Origin: a virus
Taxonomy: Duplodnaviria > Caudoviricetes
Strand: one strand, 5' to 3'
DNA length: 64,000 nt
Virus record (IMG/VR): IMGVR_UViG_3300029305_003192
The translations under genes were made by a program, and so were the position numbers. The notes under the pieces were generated by a model. The model searched no databases and was not told where the DNA came from. It worked only from the letters and a program-made list of their open reading frames with translations. Positions 56,408 through 64,000 of this stretch are shown here, one piece after another. Every line of letters starts with the position of its first letter. Position 1 is the stretch's first letter.

Positions 56408-57421
56408 TTATACTTCCTTGTAGATATAATGTCTCTGAAGGTGGTCAACTGCGGTATTTGCACGATAGTTAATCTCGAATTGGATATCATTCGGATTTTC
56501 AGGAACTGGGTAATCCGGGATAGGTTCACCATCCTGGTCTACCGCATATACATTCCAGTCCTCAGTATTAGTATTAAACTCGGCGACTAAATCGACATGC
56601 TGGCCTTCATACTTAAGATACTTATCGCCATCATTACCGGCTCTCTTACTGTCATAATCTTCAGAGTACTGCTCGCCGATATCATCCATTGAATCATTAT
56701 CATCTTCATCATAATCTGCACCGGAGAATTCTTCACGTCCTCCAACATCTCCGATGAGGTGCTGGTGACCCATACCGAAGAGCTGCTGCATGATATTGTT
56801 AGTAATAAGAGATTCATCTGTACCACCAACATTCTTATCGAGCTTAGCTTTAAGCTCAATCTTAGTCTTTGCGATATTATTGAGTTCTTTGAGTACACTC
56901 ACTCTTGCAGTATGAAGTGATGTCTTCTGCCCGGCAAGTTCGGCCGTCTTAATAGCAGAACGGTTAAATCCTGTACCGCGGAGATTCTCGAGGTCTTTCT
57001 CGAGCTTAGCACTATCCTTATGCATTTCTGCGAGGATGTTACGAAGCTCCTGCTCATTAGCAGCAAACGCTCTGTCAATCTCGTTTTCACTTTCAGATAC
57101 GGCGTTAGTTCGTGCATATTTACGACCCATACCGATGAGTGCAGACTTGAGTTCAAGATCCTCATCATCTACGTCGATAGTATCAATCAATGCATCGAAG
57201 TCCTCTTCCTGAAGACCTCCATACTTAGCAAGTTTCTTATCAAGGTCATCCAGAAGTAACTTAGGGTCGTCAATGCTGGTATGTGATTCTGAATCGAGAA
57301 ACTTTGGAAGTTTCTTTGATTTTTTATCTTTCTTAGGTGTAACTACTTCGACTTCAGGAGCATCTCCTGAGAGGGATGATGATGCAACGAGTTGTCGAAG
57401 TCCATCCAATGTACTACTCAT
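56408..57421 (-). CDS. Hypothetical late coiled-coil protein
   Basis: AAGGAGG SD before ATG 57421; late-type promoter 57452-57463. Confidence 0.75.
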   Translation of the reverse strand: MSSTLDGLRQLVASSSLSGDAPEVEVVTPKKDKKSKKLPKFLDSESHTSIDDPKLLLDDLDKKLAKYGGLQEEDFDALIDTIDVDDEDLELKSALIGMGRKYARTNAVSESENEIDRAFAANEQELRNILAEMHKDSAKLEKDLENLRGTGFNRSAIKTAELAGQKTSLHTARVSVLKELNNIAKTKIELKAKLDKNVGGTDESLITNNIMQQLFGMGHQHLIGDVGGREEFSGADYDEDDNDSMDDIGEQYSEDYDSKRAGNDGDKYLKYEGQHVDLVAEFNTNTEDWNVYAVDQDGEPIPDYPVPENPNDIQFEINYRANTAVDHLQRHYIYKEV

Positions 57422-57565
57422 GATTGATTCCTCCTTATGAAATAAAATCATTAGACGGTTGTTTTCGGATGCTATTTCGTCAGAAGTTATGAGAGTATAT
57501 ATCATAGTGCAGTATAATACGGTTGCCACTGAACCGGTAAAAGTGGCTTGGCGAAAGGAGTACTT

Positions 57566-58336
57566 ATGATTAGAGTTATTAAGAATGCGTCTGAATTAGA
57601 GACGAATATTCCCGGTATACGCAGCGAGAATGCTAAACGGTATTATTGTGATTATGCCATGGATCCATGGTCATCATCAGAGTTTATGTCCAGTGAAGAA
57701 ATTCAGATTGGAGATAATGAATATCAGATACGTTTTATATCTGAGATAGAATTCACGAATTACGGAATCGATATAAACGATATAACCGAGATATATACTG
57801 AATTGGTGTTGTTGAAGAGGGCTAAGACCAGGGGTCAGGATCACTTATATTTAGTGGTACGAGATAAGCAAACAGACATACCCATTGGTGTAGTACTGCT
57901 CAACGTATTTTTATCACAGGAGGATGAGGATGGTATACCTGATTTCGACGCATTGATTGATGTCAGTATCGGTACTTGCTGTGAAGCATATGTCGTACGC
58001 GAAATAGACAATATTCGCACATTAATGGGTAAAGGTATGATAAACGAGGCAGCAGTGGTAGTGGCATATAATATGGTATTAGCATTGAAAGAACTGCATG
58101 TTAAACTGCGACTTGCTGATAATGATAAAGAATTCGATATTAATTATGAGCCGACAATCGACGACCTTACGGAATTCGTATCCATATATCAGGGATTCCT
58201 TAAGTCTGAACTTAAGAGGTTGGGTATCATTACGGCTCCCACCCAATATGAGAAGGACATCATAAATCTTGTCGATAATATCATGAATGCAGTCAATGAT
58301 TCAGAATATGTAAAATGGAGGAAGAAACATCCATGA
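57566..58336 (+). CDS. Hypothetical protein
   Basis: AAGGAG SD; stop overlaps start of DNA polymerase subunit (ATGA). Confidence 0.75.
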   Translation: MIRVIKNASELETNIPGIRSENAKRYYCDYAMDPWSSSEFMSSEEIQIGDNEYQIRFISEIEFTNYGIDINDITEIYTELVLLKRAKTRGQDHLYLVVRDKQTDIPIGVVLLNVFLSQEDEDGIPDFDALIDVSIGTCCEAYVVREIDNIRTLMGKGMINEAAVVVAYNMVLALKELHVKLRLADNDKEFDINYEPTIDDLTEFVSIYQGFLKSELKRLGIITAPTQYEKDIINLVDNIMNAVNDSEYVKWRKKHP

Positions 58337-60213
58337 GATTTTTAGGAAATGAAGCTGAAGGGCGTCACGTGATGCCCTTATCAATCATTTATGATAACCC
58401 ACGAGAGGCATCAGATATGTTGATGATTCTTTATAAGGACATCGATACCGGTGAGAAGTTCGTCAAGAATATCGAGAATCCTGAAATTGACATCTATATT
58501 GTCAAGGAGCAATATAGAAACCAGAGCCCAGCTGAAAATCCGCTTAATATGGACGGTTCATATCGTCCCGACTTCTATATGAAAGACCAGTGCGATGTGG
58601 TTAGGGTTAAGTATCGTAAGCGAAAGTATGCGGCTGCGAAAATACTCGGTATATCACCGGAAGATGTTGATGCTTCACCATATGTCGGCGGAACCGATAT
58701 GGATATACGTCATTGGTACTTTGTAGAATTCTTACATGAATACAGTAATGATTTGCCAAAGCCTATTAGCGTAGGATACTACGATATCGAAGCCGATACC
58801 AGAGGTTATGGTACTAATGAATTCGGTGATAATTATGGTAAATTCCCAATTACTGCAATCACTTATATATCAGACGTTCGAAACCAGGTATATGTATTCG
58901 TCCTCAATTGTCCGGAGTTCGGAAGAATGGATGAGATTATAAATAATACCGAAGGTTTGCGTCGAGAGATGCACGAAGAGTTTGATGAGAAGTTCGGTAC
59001 CATGGAGTATAACATCGTTATATTCGATAAAGAAATCGAAATGATAAACGCGTTTTGGGCATTGGTAAAGGCTGTTGAAGACGACTTCACCCTCGCGTGG
59101 AACGCACCATTCGATATCGGTAACCTGACATATCGACCAGCCGAACTGGGATATGACCCAGTATCAATTATTCATGACCCACGATTTGCTCGTAAGGTCG
59201 TGATATTCAATGAAGACAGAGCGACATTCGTTGCACATAAGAAGAGACATAAGATAACCTATACATTACCTACTATCCTGGACGACCACATGCGTATATA
59301 TTCCGGTGTCAGATCAGCTAGAGGTAAGCTTCCTAGTACAGCACTCGATAAAGTTGCTAAACGTGAGAAGATAGGTGGAAAGAAGACATATGAGGGTGAC
59401 ATCAACCAGTTCATGCTCACTAACTTCTGGGATTATATTATCTACAACGTTAACGACGTTCATTTGATGAGAGCTATCAATAATAAGGTCAATGATACTG
59501 GAGACATTTATTCACGTATGCTTAACTCAGGCGTGTCGAATGATGAGGTATTCGTATCCACTACTATCTGGGCACAGTATATCAAGAATGACCTCGAATC
59601 AAAACGTGGTAGATTCTTGGCTAATAATAAGAATAAATTCCTGGCAAAGACCCAAGAAATTATCGAGTATGGCTTCGACAGTGATGCTGTTGATGAAGAT
59701 GATGGAGACGATGAGGATGAATCCGATGAATGTCTCCAGGAGGTGCTCGGGGCTATTGCAGACCAGCAGAACCTTATCGATGAGAAGACGGGTAAGAAGA
59801 AGAAATTCGCAGGTGCTATAGTACTCGATACCCGTCGTACCAGATATACAGGTACTAAGATTAATGGTATGGAGTGCAACTTCGTACATCGACATGCCAT
59901 AGACCAGGATATCACATCCGAGTATCCTACAGCAATCACTATCAGTAACCAGTCAAATGATACATTCGTTGGAAAGATTTATGTCGACGATGCCGATGAA
60001 ATCAAACTCCCGTTCTATGAGCAATATAGCTTCTTGGATAATAAAGACGCTAGCGAATATAAGTGCAACAAGGCTGCACTTATGCTCGAGACAGCTATCC
60101 AGGGCGACTATATGATGGTAGGCGAGATAGCATTAGGATTACCTAAGTTGGCTGACTTAGAGAAGATGGTTATAAACATGGCCGGAGATAAACTTACGAA
60201 GGGAGATAAATAA
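58333..60213 (+). CDS. Family B DNA polymerase, N-terminal subunit (3'-5' exonuclease + motif A)
   Basis: ExoI YDIEAD, ExoII AWNAPFD, ExoIII YNVND, AGAIV and DITSEYP (motif A). Confidence 0.9.
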   Translation: MRFLGNEAEGRHVMPLSIIYDNPREASDMLMILYKDIDTGEKFVKNIENPEIDIYIVKEQYRNQSPAENPLNMDGSYRPDFYMKDQCDVVRVKYRKRKYAAAKILGISPEDVDASPYVGGTDMDIRHWYFVEFLHEYSNDLPKPISVGYYDIEADTRGYGTNEFGDNYGKFPITAITYISDVRNQVYVFVLNCPEFGRMDEIINNTEGLRREMHEEFDEKFGTMEYNIVIFDKEIEMINAFWALVKAVEDDFTLAWNAPFDIGNLTYRPAELGYDPVSIIHDPRFARKVVIFNEDRATFVAHKKRHKITYTLPTILDDHMRIYSGVRSARGKLPSTALDKVAKREKIGGKKTYEGDINQFMLTNFWDYIIYNVNDVHLMRAINNKVNDTGDIYSRMLNSGVSNDEVFVSTTIWAQYIKNDLESKRGRFLANNKNKFLAKTQEIIEYGFDSDAVDEDDGDDEDESDECLQEVLGAIADQQNLIDEKTGKKKKFAGAIVLDTRRTRYTGTKINGMECNFVHRHAIDQDITSEYPTAITISNQSNDTFVGKIYVDDADEIKLPFYEQYSFLDNKDASEYKCNKAALMLETAIQGDYMMVGEIALGLPKLADLEKMVINMAGDKLTKGDK

Positions 60214-60215
60214 TC

Positions 60216-60905
60216 ATGGCATATAAGTTGACATTCCCACTTGATGAATTTAAGAAGATGAATTCGATGCTCACAGAGTACTACTCAGAGTATTTCATTG
60301 ATGATAAATCAGGATTGATTATGGGTACAAGTTTGAACGAGTATGCGTTTAATATAGCTACCATATCTCCCGATCTTTTATCAAAGTTATCTCTGGGCTC
60401 AGTTCTTCTTCATCCTAATTACATGCGTAAGCAAGTGGGTGACCTTAAGAAGACAATGACATACGTGTACAATGACAATGATGTATTCCGTGTGTATGAA
60501 TTCGAGGATAAGATAAAAGATATACCAGATATGACCAAGGGCAAATTGGTAGTATCGTTAATTCATCATGAAGAGAACTCTATGGATGCAAATGCTATTC
60601 ATATGCGAGATATTACCAACAGGATTAAGCCGTATGGCGAATATCTGAATCAGCATCTGGAATTCGAAGATATTCCACGACCATACTACATGTCTCAGTT
60701 TATAGCTAACGATATATTATCTCTGGAAGACGATGATGGTGGTCATCTTATAGTAACACGTCAGATGTTTCCAAAGTATCAAAGGGTTGATGGTATTTCG
60801 TGGACGTCCGTCAATCTAGATGATGAGTTCCGATTGGGTATATTTGAGACAAAACACCCCATTCTAACGATGTATACATTCGTCAAGTATCTACGAGGCA
60901 TTTAA
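60216..60905 (+). CDS. Hypothetical protein (replication operon)
   Basis: 229 aa, directly follows polymerase subunit. Confidence 0.75.
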   Translation: MAYKLTFPLDEFKKMNSMLTEYYSEYFIDDKSGLIMGTSLNEYAFNIATISPDLLSKLSLGSVLLHPNYMRKQVGDLKKTMTYVYNDNDVFRVYEFEDKIKDIPDMTKGKLVVSLIHHEENSMDANAIHMRDITNRIKPYGEYLNQHLEFEDIPRPYYMSQFIANDILSLEDDDGGHLIVTRQMFPKYQRVDGISWTSVNLDDEFRLGIFETKHPILTMYTFVKYLRGI

Positions 60906-60976
60906 TTAATATCCCATTACCATTATGGTAATGGGATGAACTATTCAAGCATGACCCATAACAGGAGGTAAAAGTT

Positions 60977-61231
60977 ATGGCAAATATTTATATATGTACA
61001 GACCGCCAGCCTGTGAGTGAAGAATTCTCTAAGAGCGTCGCTGGCGTATCTCTTTTACTCAAAAGGAGTAAAGTTGATGGTAAGCTCGCTGTTATCAGCG
61101 CAGCGAGCGGTGAGATCCTTTGGGTGACGACGGCCATCCAGCATGAGGAACGAGACGTACCTGGTACTGATCTCGTTATCGTGACGGCGAATTCCAAATA
61201 TACATTTAGAAAGATTGGTGAAACAGTATAA
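60977..61231 (+). CDS. Small hypothetical beta-rich protein, stand-alone gene
   Basis: 84 aa, AGGAGG SD, flanked by terminators. Confidence 0.75.
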   Translation: MANIYICTDRQPVSEEFSKSVAGVSLLLKRSKVDGKLAVISAASGEILWVTTAIQHEERDVPGTDLVIVTANSKYTFRKIGETV

Positions 61232-61299
61232 TCTCACCAATCTCCTCACCCGCCAATTGGTGGGTGATTTTTTTGCTATAAATCGATACAAAGAGTATA

Positions 61300-61941
61300 A
61301 TGATATCACTATGGATACCGTAACCTATATTAGTATGTGTGGTACATGTACATGGTTATAATCCGAACGATACCATTATATCAAAACTTCCAACGGGTAT
61401 AGTGGTAGTGTATACATCTTATTCAGAGATATCAGATGTATACTTACGTTTTAACATATGATTGGTAGTACGAGGTTCGTTACTACCATTACAATATCGA
61501 TATCTCATCGTCATATGTTAGTAGTGTTTGGCTGCCAAACTATAAAGCCTATCATTCTTATTTTCTTAAAGAACACAATTTGTCATCTCTGTCCCTGACT
61601 AACTAAGTTCATCCTCTACTCCGGCATATTCAGATGCCATTGAGACTCGATACGTTGATGCCGGTTAGTATATGCTCGCATGCAGTGATTATATCATACG
61701 AACACTATTCGGTGATAGCTATCATATAAGACTCCAATGAGCTTCGTAATGAGTAGATTGACGAGACTGGATTTAATTCTAGTAGCGTATCGAAAGTTAT
61801 GCGGTTATAGATGAGCATTGATAGTTAAGCTGCTTTGGCTAGTAGTGCGATTATACACAGATATGGAGTATAAAATATCGCTATCATTTTATCCTCTCAT
61901 TAGTGAGTAGAGTTGAGCTTCTACGGATGGGTTAGAGTTAT
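61300..61941 (+). ncRNA. Candidate large structured ncRNA (~640 nt)
   Basis: No ORF >60 aa; many 7-10 bp local and long-range stems; G.U pairs favour plus strand; ends at terminator 61942-61977. Confidence 0.6.
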
Positions 61942-61977
61942 AATACCAGGTATACCATTAATGGTATACCTGGTATT
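61942..61977. terminator. Intrinsic terminator
   Basis: AATACCAGGTATACCAT/ATGGTATACCTGGTATT. Confidence 0.8.
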
Positions 61978-62061
61978 TGTCCCCGACTTAGCTTAGAATA
62001 GCGAAAAACAGCCATATAACCTATATAACCAATTTCAATAAGAAAGAGGTGGACTATAAGT

Positions 62062-64000
62062 ATGGCTTCTAATAGAAGTAAAAGCAAAGTATTACAGAAT
62101 GCCGAGAAGGCATTTAAGTACTCAGCAGTACCGGCTATTACGAGTAAAGTACCGTATATGACTGGTACTGCACAGAGTGCTATATCAGTCGCGAAGGACC
62201 TTCGCGACTGGACAATCAGAAATAACCCGTTTAGAGCAGTGAATGGTAACAAAGACCCATTGATTAGACAGATCGCCACTGCAACCGCAAATGCTGTTAA
62301 ATCGGCAAAATTGGATCTTAAGTCTGGGGACTTGACATTTAGGAATCTAAATAAGGCTGTTAGAGATTTCGTAGGCGAAGATTCATTGTTGGACGGCTTT
62401 GATAATCTGGACATCGATTTCGGTTCCGACCTCGGGGACTCATTATTTTCGAATTCGGGACAGGACGACCAGACCTCTGATATTACCACCGCATCTGCAA
62501 TGATGGCAGTGGGCGACACGTTGTCACGAACTCAGGCGGTTACCACAGAGGCGATGATTGGTGCTGTAGAACATTCGACAGAAAGAATCACTAAAACCCA
62601 AATGGTTATGACTGATACTGCAGTAACACGACTAATATCCAGTAACATGACTATAGCCGCCAGGACTTCGACTCAATTAGGTACGATCTCCGAAGACATA
62701 AAAGTTGTGAATAAAAATCTCTCGCTACTGGTTGAGCAGTCGAACAGTTTCTCTTCATTTATCAACCAGTCACAGAGATATATGGAGCATACCGAGCAGA
62801 CATTGAACGATATTAAAGCATTATTGGAGGCCAGTCATTCTCAGGGTAAGAATGACGGATATGGTGGTAGTTATAATGACGGATTTATGTCTGGACACTT
62901 CGACATCAAAAAATATATCCACCATATATTCAATAATACATCCTCTGGTATCATTGCATCTCAGGTAATCGGTACCACTATGAAAGCTCTTAAGATGGAA
63001 CTGCCCTCATTTATTGATGAGATGAATGCTTTCTCCATCGGAGATTTGAATCCTCTCAAGATGGGTATTGAGAAGCTTATCCCTGCAATTGGAAGAATTG
63101 CTGATTTGGATAAAACTTTCGAGCGGTCGATTAAGATGTTCATGGCCAGACTTGCAGAAGGAGAATACGGAGGATTCCTCAATGGCTTAGGTGTAGAGGG
63201 ATTCGGCATGAGAGAGCGTAACCGTGTTATTTACGACTCGAGATATTACGAAAAAGGTAATATGCAGTGGAACGGTATGGCTCAGCGCGCTTTGATGGAG
63301 GTTATCCCAGGATACTTATCTAGTATGGAAGGCTATCTCAAACAGATAGCTGAGAATACATATAAAGGTAAAGATAGGTATGCACTTAACACATCGTCGC
63401 TCCGTCACTTCGATTATGATCTTGGGCAATTTGCAACTTTGAGTGATATACGCGAAAGAACTAAGAAAGAATTAACATCATCTCTTCAGAGTTCATATGA
63501 TAATTTCGTTGAGATGACAGAAAAAATCACCAATGGCTCGGACGAGCTGAACCAGGAGCTCACCAATTATCTGCGAAAGATTAATAGCTCAGAGAACGAT
63601 AGTAAGATTTCACGTAAAGAATGGATGAACGAATTTAAGGCTATCGTTGGAAAACATCGTAAAGATGGTATTACTGACGACCAGATAATGAAGGCATATG
63701 ATGCATTGGTATGGGCTCGAGAGCAGTCCCTAGACGAAAGGAACCGAATTCGTACGGCAGCTGCACGAAGAGAATCCAGTGCATTTTATCTTGGCGATGA
63801 GCTCAATACCATGACCCCAGACCTGGTATATAAGGGACTGAAGGAGATTAAGCAGGATCGATATAATTCGCTATCTGAAAATGATAAGAAAGAGGCCGAC
63901 CGTCAGAAACGAAACGAAGAACGGAGGAAGGGCTTCTTCGAAAAAACAGTAGCCAAATTGGGATTAACTGATGATGCTAAAGCAATAAAGGAAATGTTTA
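62062..64000 (+). CDS. Large late virion protein, possibly tape measure (3'-truncated by window)
   Basis: Late-type promoter 62007-62018, GAGGTG SD, frame MASNRSKSKVLQNAEKAFKY... appears open to window end; absent from ORF track because no stop. Confidence 0.6.
   Translation, partial: MASNRSKSKVLQNAEKAFKYSAVPAITSKVPYMTGTAQSAISVAKDLRDWTIRNNPFRAVNGNKDPLIRQIATATANAVKSAKLDLKSGDLTFRNLNKAVRDFVGEDSLLDGFDNLDIDFGSDLGDSLFSNSGQDDQTSDITTASAMMAVGDTLSRTQAVTTEAMIGAVEHSTERITKTQMVMTDTAVTRLISSNMTIAARTSTQLGTISEDIKVVNKNLSLLVEQSNSFSSFINQSQRYMEHTEQTLNDIKALLEASHSQGKNDGYGGSYNDGFMSGHFDIKKYIHHIFNNTSSGIIASQVIGTTMKALKMELPSFIDEMNAFSIGDLNPLKMGIEKLIPAIGRIADLDKTFERSIKMFMARLAEGEYGGFLNGLGVEGFGMRERNRVIYDSRYYEKGNMQWNGMAQRALMEVIPGYLSSMEGYLKQIAENTYKGKDRYALNTSSLRHFDYDLGQFATLSDIRERTKKELTSSLQSSYDNFVEMTEKITNGSDELNQELTNYLRKINSSENDSKISRKEWMNEFKAIVGKHRKDGITDDQIMKAYDALVWAREQSLDERNRIRTAAARRESSAFYLGDELNTMTPDLVYKGLKEIKQDRYNSLSENDKKEADRQKRNEERRKGFFEKTVAKLGLTDDAKAIKEMF

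Noticed and set aside
61784-61850. Group II intron domain V-like hairpin and GTGCG
   Set aside because: Stem too short, no AY bulge, GTGCG lies downstream, no interrupted gene
1-64000. CRISPR array, tRNA genes, IS elements
   Set aside because: No regularly spaced direct repeats, cloverleafs or transposase motifs found by eye
1-64000. Stop-codon reassignment
   Set aside because: Conserved genes are full length under code 11 and TAA, TAG and TGA all end genes
1-64000. Chimallin / PhuZ nucleus system
   Set aside because: No tubulin signature or recognisable chimallin in this window; cannot be excluded elsewhere in the genome

Overview
64-kb segment of an AT-rich jumbo myovirus of the AR9/PBS1-phiKZ-like lineage, probably infecting a Firmicute (strong GGAGG Shine-Dalgarno sites). 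It encodes catalytic beta' subunits of two separate multisubunit RNA polymerases, one interrupted by a 377-nt group I intron, plus a probable gp68/gp226-like promoter-specificity subunit. Replication and folding genes: split family-B DNA polymerase, primase, probable SSB, GroEL-like chaperonin. Virion genes: terminase, prohead protease, major capsid protein, head proteins carrying A-x-E cleavage motifs, baseplate/tail genes. Two anti-defence genes are recognisable: Tad1 and an AcrIII-1/DUF1874 ring nuclease. Two promoter classes can be read from the sequence: CGTRATWT-N14-TATATAT (putative early) and AAC(A/C)-N6-TA (AR9-like late). The most unusual content is non-coding: two large structured RNA candidates (~520 and ~640 nt), several smaller sRNA candidates with anti-SD loops or a start-stop codon, and an H-type pseudoknot leader shared by the AcrIII-1 gene and an orphan gene. 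A 922-aa head protein looks like a protease-cleaved polyprotein carrying a GNAT acetyltransferase. All protein calls come from motif recognition and all RNA structures from manual pairing; no searches or folding programs were run.
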